A stretch of DNA of 64,000 bases. Source: Eledone cirrhosa (lineage: Eukaryota). This document shows, in pieces, positions 20,379-34,050 of this stretch. The translations under genes were made by a program, and so were the position numbers. Within the stretch, counting starts at the first letter, position 1. Each line of letters begins with the position of its first letter. The DNA lies in NCBI GenBank assembly GCA_964016885.1, contig OZ024760.1, positions 25,358,001 through 25,422,000 of the forward strand, in the 5' to 3' direction. The notes beneath the pieces were generated by a model, which was given only the letters and a program-made list of their open reading frames with translations, was not told the DNA's origin and made no database searches.

Positions 20379-21071
20379 GTATATGTATATATATATATGT
20401 ATATGTATATATGTATATGTATATATGTATATGTATATATATATATATGTATATATATATATGTATATATATGTATATATATATATGTGTATATATATAT
20501 ATGTATATATATATGTGTATATATATATGGGTATATATATATGTATATATATATATGTGTGTATATATATATGTATATATATATATGTGTATATATGTGT
20601 ATATATATATGGGTATATATATATGGGTATATATACATGTATATATATATATGTGTATATATATATATGTGTATATATATATGTGTATATATATATGGGT
20701 ATATATATATGTATATATATATATGGGTATATATATATGTATATATATATACGTGTATATATATATGTATATATATATATATGTGTATATATATATGTAT
20801 ATATATATATGTGTATATATATGTGTATATATATATGTATATATATATATGTGTATATATATATGTGTATATATATGTGTGTATATATATATGTGTATAT
20901 ATATATGTGTATATATATGTGTGTATATATATATGTGTATATATATATGTGTGTATATATATATGTGTATATATATATGTGTGTATATATATATGTGTGT
21001 ATATATATATATATGTGTATATATATATATATGTGTATATATATATATATGTGTATATATATATATGTGTG

Positions 21072-21128
<57 letters not shown>

Positions 21129-21147
21129 GTATATATATGTATATATA

Positions 21148-21188
<41 letters not shown>

Positions 21189-21842
21189 ATATATATATAT
21201 GTGTATATGTATATATATATATGTGTATATATATATGTATGTGTATATATATATGTATATATGTATATATGTATATATATATATGTATATATATATATAT
21301 GTGTATATATATATGTATATATGTGTATATATATATATATGTGTATATATATATGTATATATGTATATATGTATATATATATGTGTATATATATATATGT
21401 GTATATATATGTGTATATATATGTATATATATATATGTATATATGTATATATATATATGTATGTATTATATTGCTGAGTCGGCGTAAAGCTTTATAAATG
21501 TTTCCCTAATGTAATTAATTGAAAAATTGATTATTGTAAATCTACGCCTGGACACGTGACCTGTTTATACGTCTGTGCACGTGATGTGTGTATAAAGGTA
21601 AGGTGGGAAGTTTAGGTGTGTATATAATGGTAAGGCTGGATGGTTTGGTGTGTATCTAAAGGTTGGATGGTTAGCTGTGTGTGTAAAGGTGAGGTTAGAT
21701 GTGTGTATAAAGGTGAGGTTAGATGTGTGTATAAAGGTGAGGTTAGATGTGTGTATAAATGTGAGGTTGGATAGTGATTTGTCTGAACATTCCATCTTTT
21801 CTGTGCGTGGATACCATTTTTACCGCTATGTTCTCTCATGTA

Positions 21843-21879
21843 CTTCTATGTTTCGGACGCCAGTCCTTCATCAGAAGAA
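21843..21879 (-). ncRNA. Degenerate hammerhead motif in PLE-type terminus
   Basis: Minus strand TTCTT-CTGATGA-A-GGAC-TGGC-GTCC-GAAA-CATA-GAAG; core and stem II are perfect, stems I and III are damaged. Confidence 0.55.
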
Positions 21880-22067
21880 AGAATGAGAAATAGGATAGAT
21901 TGAGAGGACGGGCGGGTTGGAGTTGGAAAAAAATATCTTTAGATAAAAATAACAGGTCCATTCATGTTGACATCTCTTGCAAAACCGTTGGGGGCTGGCG
22001 TGTTGTGTATGATTTGTTTTTTAGAAAAGTGGATGATGGAGCGCGTCTATATATTTATAAATGTAGC

Positions 22068-22245
22068 TACCATATTTCCAGGCGTTGAAGACGCTTCTTT
22101 TTTTTCCTCAAAAATTAGTCTCAAAAATCTACCATGCCTCCTGGAGGCCGATGGTTGTTTATTATGTTTTTTTTCAAATCTTTGGTTGTCAAAGTTAGGG
22201 TGCATCCTCGAGGACGAAACCTCTTCGGCGCCGGGAAATACAGTA
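22068..22245. mobile_element. Tc1/pogo-type MITE
   Basis: TACCATATTTCCAGGCG ... CGCCGGGAAATACAGTA: imperfect terminal inverted repeats including TA. Confidence 0.6.
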
Positions 22246-22624
22246 TATATATATATTTTTTTTCTTCTCTCTCTCGTCTACGATTTCACAGAACTCACGT
22301 TCACCGAAATCACAGACTAGATCCCTTCTTCCTCCCGTTAGACCTGTACTGAATTCCTTCCTTGCTTACATTCCAACCAGGTTTGATGGTCTTTAGTCTC
22401 TCTCGTTCACGATTTCACCGAATTTAAATTCATAGAAATTTGGGACTTGACTTCTTCTTCCTCACTTTTCGTTGCTCACCATTTTTGTTGTTTACTCTCT
22501 TGTCCCCTTTATTTACGTGTCCCAACGACTTTTTTTAGCCGTTGCTCGCACCAACCGGAGGTATATGGTCTTTAAAGCGATGAAATACCAATGATGGTTG
22601 GAAGATCACTGATGAAGGACTAAC

Positions 22625-22654
<30 letters not shown>

Positions 22655-22655
<1 letters not shown>

Positions 22656-22850
22656 TAGTCTCAGTCTTAAATCCTTCCGCGCCGTTCGGCGCATCGAGCA
22701 GTAAGTACTCGCCAACGGTCACGAACAACGGCAACTTTCTCAAGACCGTGCCAGGTGATGTTGGCTGCCATCTGGTCCTTCCGGAACATTGGTTGCCAGG
22801 TGATCCTTGGGCAACCCTGCCAGGCGGAGTCCAGTTCATCGCTGTTTTCG
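22655..22850 (-). mobile_element. RTE-clade LINE extreme 3' fragment
   Basis: Minus-strand KTAMNWTPPGR / GCPRITWQ...RDRWRVLTARCAERRGRI*, then a short TAAGACTGAGACTAA tail. Confidence 0.75.
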
Positions 22851-23041
22851 AAGTATGGTAAGGAACCAAGTGGACCATAACGAACCAGAGTACTCGATAC
22901 TTTGGGTAGTAGAGTGGGTAATAGGAAAATAGTAAGGACCCCTACAGCAGAGCTCAAGCCGTTTCGACAACTATTTCTGGACTCCAGAAATAGCTGTCGA
23001 AACGGCTTGGGCTCTGCCGTCGGGGTCCTGTCCCTTTTCCC
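22850..23041. mobile_element. Family A fold-back remnant
   Basis: Arms invert around CTGGACTCCAG at ~22982. Confidence 0.7.
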
Positions 23042-23073
<32 letters not shown>

Positions 23074-23289
23074 ATGTATGTATGTCACCCATTCAGATAG
23101 TGAGACTATAACAATTAGGTGGAGGGAGGTGAGATGAGGTGGGAGAAATGAAATTAACTGGAGTTGGAGTTTAATACTAATTTAGTCTTTTCACACCTGT
23201 TACTAACTTTGAAAGGTTTCACCTGAAATATTGATAAACACTCCCTCTTCTCCCCCCTCTCCCCCCTCTCTCCCTCTCTCTGCATGTCT

Positions 23290-25305
23290 GTTTGATTGCT
23301 ATGCCTGTCTCTCTGTCCGCCAGTCTGTTCCCCTATTTGGCTGTCAGTATGTCTGTTTGTCCACCTTTCTGTCTGTCTAACTGTCTCTGTCCGCCTCCAT
23401 GTCTGTTTAGCTGTCTGTTTGTCTGTCAACATGTCTGGTTGTCTAGGTCTCTGTCGGCCAGTGTGTCGGTCTGTCCGCCTGTCTGTCTGTCTCTCTGTCT
23501 GTCTGTCTCTCTTCCTCTCTCTCTCTCTCTCTCTGTCGGCCAGTCAGTCTGTCTGTCTCTCTGTCTGTCTGTGAGCCAGTGTGTCTGTGTGTATGTCCGC
23601 CTGTCTCTGACATCTGTCAGCCAGTCTCTCTGTCTCTCTCTGCCTGTATGTCTATCAATCTGTCTCTCTGTCTCTCTGTCAGCCAGTCTCTCTGTCTCCC
23701 TGTCAGTCTGTCAGCCAGTCTCTCTGTCTCTCTGTCAGTCTGTCAGCCAGTCTATCTGTCTCTCTGCCTCTCTGTCAGCCAGTCTCTCTGTCTCTCTGTC
23801 AGTCTGTCAGCCAGTCTCTCTGTCTCTCTGTCTCTCTGTCAGCCAGTCTCTCTGTCTCTCTGTCAGTCTGTCAGCCAGTCTCTCTGTCTCTCTGTCAGTC
23901 TGTCAGCCAGTCTATCTGTCTCTCTGCCTCTCTGTCAGCCAGTCTCTCTGTCTCTCTGACATCTGTCAGCCAGTCTCTCTGTCTCTCTCTGCCTGTATGT
24001 CTATCAATCTGTCTCTCTGTCTCTCTGTCAGCCAGTCTCTCTGTCTCCCTGTCAGTCTGTCAGCCAGTCTCTCTGTCTCTCTGTCAGTCTGTCAGCCAGT
24101 CTATCTGTCTCTCTGCCTCTCTGTCAGCCAGTCTCTCTGTCTCTCTGTCAGTCTGTCAGCCAGTCTCTCTGTCTCTCTGTCTCTCTGTCAGCCAGTCTCT
24201 CTGTCTCTCTGTCAGTCTGTCAGCCAGTCTCTCTGTCTCTCTGTCAGTCTGTCAGCCAGTCTATCTGTCTCTCTGCCTCTCTGTCAGCCAGTCTCTGTCT
24301 TTCTGTCAGTCTGTCAGCCAGTCTCTCTGTCTCTCTATCAGTCTGTCAGCCAGTCTATCTGTCTCTCTGCCTCTCTGTCAGCCAGTCTCTCTGTCTCTCT
24401 GTCAGTCTGTCAGCCAGTCTCTCTGTCTCTCTGTCTCTCTGTCAGCCAGTCTCTCTGTCTCTCTGTCAGTCTGTCAGCCAGTCTCTCTGTCTCTCTGTCA
24501 GTCTGTCAGCCAGTCTATCTGTCTCTCTGTCAGTCTGTCAGCCAGTCTATCTGTCTCTCTGTCAGTCTGTCAGCCAGTCTATCTGTCTCTCTGTCTGTCT
24601 GTCAGCCAGTCTCTCTGTCTCTCTGTCAGTCTGTCAGCCAGTCTCTCTGTCTCTCTGTCAGTCTGTCAGCCAGTCTCTCTGTCTCTCTGTCAGTCTGTCA
24701 GCCAGTCTCTCTGTCTCTCTGCCTCTCTGTCAGCCAGTCTCTCTGTCTCTCTGTCAGTCTGTCAGCCAGTCTATCTGTCTCTCTGCCTCTCTGTCAGCCA
24801 GTCTCTCTGTCTCTCTGTCAGCCAGTCTATCTGTCTCTCTGTCTGTCAGCCAGTCTCTCTATCTCTCTGTCTGTCTGTCAGCCAGTCTCTCTGTCTCTCT
24901 GCCTCTCTGTCAGCCAGTCTCTCTGTCTCTCTGTCAGTCTGTCAGCCAGTCTCTCTGTCTCTCTGTCAGTCTGTCAGCCAGTCTCTCTGTCTCTCTGTCT
25001 GTCTGTCAGCCAGTCTCTCTGTCTCTCTCTCTGTCTGTCAGCCAGTCTCTCTGTCTCTCTGTCAGTCTGTCAGCCAGTCTCTCTGTCTCTCTGTCAGTCT
25101 GTCAGCCAGTCTCTCTGTCTCTCTGTCAGTCTGTCAGCCAGTCTCTCTGTCTCTCTGACAGCCAGTCTCTCTGTCTCTCTGTCTATCAATCTGTCTATCT
25201 GTCTGACTTGCTGTCAGTCTGTCAGCCAGTGTGTCTGTGTATCTATCTGTCAGTCTGTCTGTGTGTCTGTCTGTCAGCCAGTCTGTCAGTGTGTCTGTGT
25301 ACCTG
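23290..25305. repeat. TC-rich satellite, ~24-32-bp unit CTGTCAGCCAGTCTCTCTGTCTCT with a ~349-bp higher-order duplication
   Basis: Marker GACATCTGTCAGCC...TGTATGTCTATCAATC at 23609 and 23958. Confidence 0.95.
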
Positions 25306-25730
25306 CCGGGTGGTTAATTCCACTCAATTTGACCTCCTATTATTAACATTAAGGGAAAATTTAAAGACAAAGTTGACGTGCCGGTCGATATGCTATTAGG
25401 CCGGCAGGCAGATGAAAGTAATCGACCGACATTAGAGAGAGAGAGAGACTGAATAGAGTGGGAGGGGGTAGAGAAAGAGATAGAGGGAGGGAGAGAGGGG
25501 TTGAACAGAGTGAGAGGATAGTAGTGAGATAGAGATGGATAGAGGGAGAGAGAGGGATATATAGATAGGTAGAGGAAGGGAGAGAGAGAGAGAGGGGTTG
25601 AACAGAGTGAGAGGATAGTAGTGAGATAGAGATGGATAGAGGGAGAGAGAGGGATATATAGATAGGTAGAGGAAGGGAGAGAGAGAGAGAGGCTAGACAG
25701 GGTGAGAGGAAGATAGATAGATAGATAAAT

Positions 25731-26248
25731 TTCTTTATTAGCCACAATGGCTCACAAGAAAAGGGGACAAAACAAAGACACATGCCGGGGATTTTACTTA
25801 CAGTCGTGTAAAAATATAAAACAAACAATTATAACAATCGAAATCCACAATAGGGGGGGGGGGGGGTGTTACAAATGGGTTGTTTAATACCCCGTAGATA
25901 GAACAACCCTCAACTTCAGGGGCGTGTTGTGCAAGAGCTCCTTTCTTCCTTTTGTTCTCTTCTTCAACCTACAGGTTTATATACAGAGAAGGCCCAAGCA
26001 CTAGGGCCATTTTTGCTACATTCACCCACCTTTCAGTAAATTTACTGGGGTGCAGTGCCTCTCTCTCCACTCTGATTCTCCTTCTAAAGTGGTATTTAAA
26101 GAAGGGAATGAGTTGTTGTCCAGAGAGAAAGGCATCTGTCCTCAGTCCTCTCAACCTCGTCCACCATATAACCTCTTTTACCCTAGCCACTGTACAGAAG
26201 ACAATCGCCTCTCTTTCGTTTTTGAAATAAAGGGGCGGTTTGATCCTT
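25731..26248 (-). mobile_element. Tx1/L1-family 3' fragment (more diverged)
   Basis: KEVIWWTRLRGLRTDAFLSGQQLIPFFKYHFRRRIRVERE; ends GGCTAATAAAGAAATTTATCTATCTATC. Confidence 0.85.
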
Positions 26249-26250
26249 AC

Positions 26251-26302
<52 letters not shown>

Positions 26303-26487
26303 GGTAGATAGGTAAAGAGAGAGAAGGCGAAGGATATAGAAAAAGACGGACAGATAGGAAGGCTGATGGGTACAGAGGGAGATAGATAGATAGGTAGATA
26401 GATAAAGATGCAAGGAGATGGGAAGATGCATACAGAGATAGAGAGAGAGAGAGATGATATAGAGAGACAGATTGATAGCTATTGAGT

Positions 26488-26556
<69 letters not shown>

Positions 26557-26561
<5 letters not shown>

Positions 26562-27099
26562 TAAACGGAATAGAAAATGCTGACAAATTGTTCACAGTTG
26601 AAAAATGGTTTAATTAGGAATAAAAGAGTATTAGTGATTGTATGGGTTAGTATTCAGTTGTGGTTTTAAGTTTTTAAGTTTTTACCGGTTGCGCATTTCT
26701 AAATGCTTTTCAAAAATAATTTTGAGATAGAGTGTCCGTGTTGTTTGTTCTGATTTACGCCGTACAGTGTTTAGGCAACCACGTCACCTTTTTGTTCAAC
26801 GCCTGGCTGACTGAACTCACTCGATATGCAAATTAGACTGCTCAGCCGTTAATTTTCATAAGGAAAGTATATACTTTCGGACGTTCAACCATCTGGCAGA
26901 AAGGTATACGGTGCTGACGATAGCTAACAAGCTTGAAACTAGTACATCATTCCTGTGTCAGTGTTGAACAAAAAGGTGACGTGGTTGCCTAAACACTGTA
27001 CGGCGTAAATCAGGCTGTTCGTTTGTTTACAAACGAACAAAGCGAACATTATAATAAATGTTCGGTAAACTGATACGTGCATATATATATGTGTGCCTG

Positions 27100-27166
<67 letters not shown>

Positions 27167-27485
27167 GCTACTGTACGTCTGTATACATATATGTATGTAC
27201 GCATACATACTTACATTTAAGTAAGTGCCGCACTAAGAGTGAGAAATGAAATTTCGTTTCATTTTATTCCATTTATCGTTTTCGGTGCGCCTGGCCGACT
27301 GAACTCACTCGATATGCAAATTAGGCTGCTAAGCCGTTAATTTTCATAAGGAAAGTATATACTTTCGGACGTTCAACCATCTGGCAGAAAGGTATACATA
27401 TATGTATGTACGTATACATAGATACTTACATTTAAGTAAGTGCCGTACTAAGAGTGAGAAATGAAATTTCGTTTCATTCTATTCC

Positions 27486-27490
<5 letters not shown>
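26557..27490. mobile_element. Composite PLE-terminal mosaic with inverted and direct partial repeats and a hammerhead
   Basis: Inverted ~51-bp pair 26750-26800 / 26963-27012; direct repeats 26801-26909 / 27289-27397 and ~27185-27275 / 27398-27490; homologous to 56090-56465 on minus. Confidence 0.7.
26910..26948 (+). ncRNA. Minimal type I hammerhead ribozyme motif
   Basis: GGTG-CTGACGA-T-AGCT-AACA-AGCT-T-GAAA-CTAG (palindrome)-TA|CATC; cut after 26944. Confidence 0.78.
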
Positions 27491-27528
<38 letters not shown>

Positions 27529-27796
27529 AGAGATTTGAAATTTGCTTGAAACATTGTGGAATAACAAGATTTATTTTCTTTTGGTCGTTTTGGAAGCCTC
27601 AACAATACAGATGTCTAAATCTCCGGGTAACATTCGGTGGTGAAGAGAGAGATGTAAGTGAATGTAGAATGAGATGTATAGTGTGTAGAAGAACGTAGGA
27701 AGGAGCGTAAAAAATAAAAAAATAAAAATAATAACACGAGATGGAGTTACCTTGGGAGAGATTTAATTGTCTCTATATTTCGGATTCACATCCATT

Positions 27797-28282
27797 TCTT
27801 TTGTGCACAAGGGCACAAAAGAAGGGGACAATACAAATGGGGAGTTTACATACAGGTATATGAAAATAAAACTATTAATAAAATAACAAATAATTGAAAT
27901 CCCCAATAGGGCGGTGGCGTTACACAGGGGTTGTACACACCCCGAAAAAATGTACAACCCTCATCTCCAGGAGAACGAAGAGTGAGCGCTCTTTTCCTCG
28001 TTTCCTCTTTTTCCTCAACCTACAGGCTTATATAGAGAGAAGGCCCAACCACTCGGACCATCCTTGCCACATTCACCCATCTTTCGGAAAATTTGCTGGG
28101 GTGCAGCACCTCTCTCCACTCTGATTCTTCTTCTAAAGAGATATTTGAAGAAGCAAACCAGTTGTTCGCCGGAGAGAAAGGTGTCTGACGTCAGCCCTTT
28201 CAGCCTCGTCCACCATATAACCACGTTCACCATAGCCATTACATACAGGAAAACCGCTTCTCCTTCGTTTTTGAAGAAGGGG
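27797..28282 (-). mobile_element. Tx1/L1-family 3' fragment
   Basis: VIWWTRLKGL.SDTFLSGEQL..FFKY.F.RRIR, homologous to 28592-28850. Confidence 0.85.
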
Positions 28283-28351
28283 ATAGATAGATTTATTAGT
28301 TAGATAGCTAGATAGATGGTTAGAAATATATAGATAGATTGAGTGATAGAT

Positions 28352-29572
28352 ATGTGTCTTTATTAGCCACAGGGGCTCAAAAGAAGGGGACAAATACAAA
28401 GAGGGGAGTTTACATACAATGAAAACGTGTAAAATATTATCAAAAATGCAATTGAAAAGTTAATCGATTTTCCCCAATAGTGGGAGACATTACATATGTG
28501 TAACACATACCGCCGAAAAAAATGTGCAACCCTCATCTCCAGGAGTACGAAGAGTTTGTACCCCTTTCCTCTCTTCCTCTTTTTCCTCAACCTACAGGCT
28601 GATATAGAGAGAAGGCCCATTCACTCGGGCCATTCTCGCCACTTTCACCCACCTTTCATAAAACTTGCTGGGGTACAGCACCTCTCTCTCCATCCTGATT
28701 CTTCTTCCAAAGTGGTATTTGAAAAAAAGAATCAGTTGTTGGCTGGAGAGAAAGGTGTCTGACCTCAGCCCTTTTAACCTCGTCCACCATACAACCTCTT
28801 TCGCCATAGCTATCACACAAAGGCAAACCGCCTCTCCTTTGTTTTTGAAGTAGGGTGGCGGTTTGATCATGACAATGGACTCGGTGGTCAACCGGATTGG
28901 TCCTACCCGCGACAATAGTCGTTCTACATAGCCCCACAGGTCGGTAACACCCGGGCAGTGTATGAATGCGTGCGCGACGGTTTCTTCGTCTCGCACGTAC
29001 CTCGGACAGATCTTTTTCGCTGGGTCCCTGCCCGAGCGCCCATGTCTGTAGAGCTTGTCTCGAACTGGTAGAGCTCCTCGGTAGCACTGCCAGGCCAGGG
29101 ACTTTTGGAAGTTGTCCATCGGTCCCGGACGGAAGGTCCTACCGAACAGACTGGCCAGTTCGCCTTCCTCTGCGCCTAGAGTTTCACCGAGCGCCTCGTC
29201 GCACTTGCTGCGGATCAACCCTCTATAGAATGACGAAGTGGAGTCTCCACTGATCGCCAGGTCCGCCTGCCAGAGGGCTGTGAACGCCTGAGCACATTCG
29301 ATGTGCCAGTCGCCCATTTTCCTCGGTCTTTACTTGACCCAGGACTGCAGCTCGGTCAGCGAGACGAGTTGTGGGAAGGCTCGCCTCATGAACGGGGCCC
29401 ACACCGGTTGTCCGGTGAGGAATACGTAGAGATGCCGCAGCCTGAGCGCGTTTTTACGCATCGTCAGCCACGGCAACCCCAGCCGTCCGTTGTAATGGTG
29501 TTGGCAGCAGATGGATCTTCTCACCAAAAGAGCCCGCCTCTTCTAAAGGAATTGGAAGAGCGCGCGCTCCAT
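28352..29572 (-). mobile_element. Tx1/L1-clade non-LTR retrotransposon, ORF2 C-terminal fragment with 3' UTR
   Basis: NGRLGLPWL (GGLG-like), AWQCYRGALPVRDKL, zinc knuckle CPRY...EETVAHAFIHC; ends CTAATAAAGACACATATCTATC. Confidence 0.85.
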
Positions 29573-29683
<111 letters not shown>

Positions 29684-29717
29684 TATATAGAGAGAGAGAT
29701 AGATAGATAGTTAGAGT

Positions 29718-29804
<87 letters not shown>

Positions 29805-29859
29805 TATATATATAGAGAGAGAGATAGATAGATAGTTAGAGTGATAGATAGATAGATAA

Positions 29860-29900
<41 letters not shown>

Positions 29901-29999
29901 GCATGATTGATTTACAAAAGGTAAAAACCGACTGGAAGTGAAAGTAATTCTTGTCTCACTTAAGATATGTAAAAATAAACATGAACTTTATGTTAAGAA

Positions 30000-31352
30000 T
30001 GGTAGATGTTGTTGCTGGTGGTGGTGGTATTGGTGGTGGTGATGTAGTGATGGTGGTGATGTGGTGGTGGTGGCGTTGGTGGTGGTGGTATTGGTGGCGG
30101 TGATGTGGTGGTGGTGGTGGTGGTGTTAGTGGTGGTATTGGTTGTGGTGATGCGGTGGAGGTTGTGGTGGTGGTATTGGTGGTGTTAGTGGTGGTTGTAT
30201 TGGTGGTGGTGGTGGTGGTGGTGTTAGTGGTGGTATTGGTTGTGGTGATGTGGTGGCGGTGGAGGTTGTGGTGGTGGTATTGGTGGTGTTAGTGGTGGTT
30301 GTATTGGTGGTGGTGGTGGTGGTGTTAGTGGTGGTATTGGTGGTGGTGATGGTGGTATTGGTGGTGGTGTTAGTGGTGGTATTGGTGGTGGTGATGTGGT
30401 GGTGGTGGAGGTTGTGGTGGTGGTATTGGTGGTGTTAGTGGTGGTTGTATTGGTGGTTGTATTTGTGGTGGTGGTGATGTAGTGGTGGTGGTGTTAGTGG
30501 CGGTGGTGGTAGTGGTGGTGTTAGTGGTGGTGGTGGTGGTGTTAGTGGTGGTGGTGATGGTGGTGTTAGTGGTGGTGATGTGGTGGTGCTGTTATTGTCC
30601 ACTACCACCTAAACTCCCACCGTAATCACTACTACTACACCTACACTATCCCTACACCACTACCACCTCCACCACTACCACGCCCACCACTACCACCTAC
30701 ACTACTACACCGTAACCACCTCCACTATCACCTCCAGCACTACCACACATACTACACTACTACAACACCACTACCACACCACTACCACACTACTACCACA
30801 CCACTACACCATTACCACCACCAATACAACCCACACTACCACACTACCACACAACTACACCACAACCACCACTACCACACCACTACCACCACCAAACACT
30901 ACAGTCCACACTATCACACTCCCACACAACCACAACCACCACTACCACCACCACTACCACCATCACTACCACCACCACTACCACACCACTACACCACTAC
31001 CACCACCAATACAACCCACACTACTACACCACTACACCACAAACACCACTACCACACCACTACAGTCCACACTACCACACTACCACGCCACCTCTACCAC
31101 CACCACCACTACCACCACCACTACCACCACCACTACCACTACCACCAACACAACCACCACCACAACCACCACTACAACCCACACTACCACACTACCACCT
31201 TCACCACTACCACCACCACTACCACCACCACTACCACTACCACCACCACAACCACCACCACAACCACCACTACAACCCACACTACCACACTACCACCTTC
31301 ACCACTACCACCACCACTACTACAACCCACACTACCACACCACTACACCACA
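30000..31352. repeat. Degenerate (GGT)n block followed by complementary (ACC/ACT)n block
   Basis: Strand switch at ~30595. Confidence 0.9.
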
Positions 31353-32404
31353 AACCAGAGCCCAAACTATTCTGATCTGTTTATTCAAGTTGAACATACC
31401 TCAGTATCAATGGTTGCAGTCTATTTCCAGAGATACTTAAGGACCTGTCTAATTCCCTTATTCCATCTCACTGGTAATGCCAAACCCCTTAAGGGCTTAG
31501 CTAGCTATCTCACTCAGGGGGTGGGGTGGGGGGAAGACAAACCCTTTAAATGAATTCTCTACCGACTCTCTTTCTCTCTCTCTCTCTGTCTCGGTCTCAT
31601 GCTCACTTTCTCTCACTCAGGCCCTTACTCAAACACTCTCTCTCACTCTCTCACTCTCCCTCTCTCCCTCTCTCCCTCTCACTCTCTCACTCTCTCACTC
31701 TCACTCTGTCACTCTCTCACTCTCTCTTTCTCCCTCTCTCACTCTCTCTCACGCTCTCCCTCTCACTCTCTCACACGCTCTCCCTCTCACTCTCTGACTC
31801 TCTCATCCTCTCTTTCTCCCTCTCTCCCTCTCTCTTTCTCTCCCCCTCTCACTCATCCACTCACCCCTCTCTCTCTACATCACCCACTCGTCCCTCCTTG
31901 ACCCCTCCCTCACCCCTATATCCCACCCAACCCCACTCACCACACACCCTCACCCACCTACACCCTATCCCCCTCTCCCCCCACCCACCGTTACCTTATA
32001 CCTACAGGTAAAAGACAGAGAAAGACAATGATTGGTTTTTAGTTGAGATAAAATTTGGCTTATTTTCATTGTAGATATTATCGATACGATATTGAACTGG
32101 TGTGTATCTAATTAAATCAATTACAATGATTAAACTGTGTGGGGAACTTCTCTCGTTTAAGACGAGAGGCTAAATATATTGGCTGATGGGGTTTACTTAT
32201 GTTTGGTGGAGGAGGGGGTCCTTTTTTTAAGTTGACGAGGTCAAATAGATCCGAATACGTCTTTGCCTTTCGACCTTGTCTAAGTCAGTTGTTTAAAGAA
32301 ACTCTCCTTTATCTCTCTCTCTCCCTTCCTTTCTCTCTCTCTCTCTATCTATCTCTTTCTCTCTCTCTCTCTTTCTCTCTCTCTCTTTCTCTTTCTTTCT
32401 TTCG

Positions 32405-32436
<32 letters not shown>

Positions 32437-32476
32437 TTCTTTCTCTCTCTCTCGCTTTCTCTCTTTCTTTCTCTCA

Positions 32477-32508
<32 letters not shown>

Positions 32509-32526
32509 TTCTCTTTCTCTCTCTTA

Positions 32527-32577
<51 letters not shown>

Positions 32578-33418
32578 GCTCTCCCCATCTCTCACTATTA
32601 TAATCAAATGGGGGCCCACGCCCTGGCCGACCCACGCCCAGGCCGACCCATGGCCCCGGGTGACAAAATAGAGAATGCATTTCACCGGAGGATGGTGAAG
32701 GTGACGTTTGGAAGAGCCATTCCAGTTCACATGCGGGTCACCCAACTCCGTACCGATGGTGGTGTGTAGGGAGCAGTGGCTGAGGATTTAGGATAAATGA
32801 GGCCCTTTGCTAATTAAGTTATGAGACCTCTTACTTTGGCCCAGAAGGAGGTAAAAAAATGATTTGGCAGGAAGATGGGCACACACACCCCCCGGCCAAC
32901 GGGGCCATATGCTAAAGCTCACCTAAGCACAATGGTAAACCCGGCATTAGTATGGAGTTGGTCGTGGGCCAAGGACACCGGTTCGACGAAATATTTAGCA
33001 GATCTGTTTATATAGAATAACCTTTCTAGTTATTGTTATACTTTGGGAGGGTCATGTTGCCAATAAAAACACACGCACCTCTTGGGTTTCACTTCAATTG
33101 ATTATAAATTTCCGGTTGGTTGATTGGTTGGTTCGATAACCGGAATGTTGTTTATATATTTTCAAAGCTCTTTCTACACACATTCTCTGACCTCCTCAGT
33201 GGCTAGGTTTTTATTTTGTGTGTCTCTCCTTTATTCTGTCCTACACCATCTTGTTTTAGTGTGTATTAGCAGAATGGCCCGGCATTGCTCGGGATTTGCT
33301 ATAGGGTTCTTATACATTTCATATATATTTATCCTTCTCGAGTCTCGTGAAATAAATACGTTTGTTTATATATTGTTATTGTGTATACACAAATATCTGT
33401 ACACGAATATATAATAAT

Positions 33419-33479
<61 letters not shown>

Positions 33480-34008
33480 TAACAGATTAAAGTTTAAGCA
33501 AAGAATCGCTGCTTTCACCCTTAACGGGATCTTCTGATGTATAACAATATGTTTCAAAACACATTTTCAGATAAGAAATCTCGCAAAACAACTTAAATAA
33601 CGAATAATCTTTCTGTTTATTGTTATACTTTAGGAGGGTCATGTTGCCAATAAAAACACACGCACTTCCTGTTGTTTATTATATTATCAAAACTATTTCG
33701 TCACACATTCTGTGACCTCCTCAGTGGCTAGGTTTTTATTTTGTGTCTCTATCTTTTGTTTTGTCCTACATCAACTTGGTTTTGGATGTATAACAATATG
33801 TTTCAACACACGTTTTCAGATAAGAAATCTCGCAAAACAACCACAGTACCTATCATATAATGTTTCGTCCACCTTTCTTCTGCTGGAAAAAGGTCGGTTG
33901 ATTTAGGGCTGAAATCCAAAAAGGTTTCTGAGCAGATTCCTTAAGAATCGAAACGGAACTCATTCTGTATTAATAGTATTTGAATAAATGTATATATTAA
34001 CATACTTA

Positions 34009-34047
<39 letters not shown>

Positions 34048-34050
<3 letters not shown>

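Noticed and set aside
21970-22050. Minus-strand QIIHNTPAPNGF resembling the GIY-YIG terminal T..P.GLN motif
   Set aside because: Suggestive given the downstream hammerhead, but too short and degenerate to call as coding.
23292-25346. 684-aa S/L/V/C-rich ORF
   Set aside because: Stop-free TC-rich satellite with no domain or splice evidence.
32600-33000. GC-richer island with short repeats and possible hAT-like MITE ends
   Set aside because: The terminal repeats are too degenerate to call and the ORFs are uninformative.
33500-33540. Minus-strand CAGAAGA-TCCC-GTTAA-GGGT-GAAA in family E
   Set aside because: Non-canonical core and no stem III or cleavage triplet.
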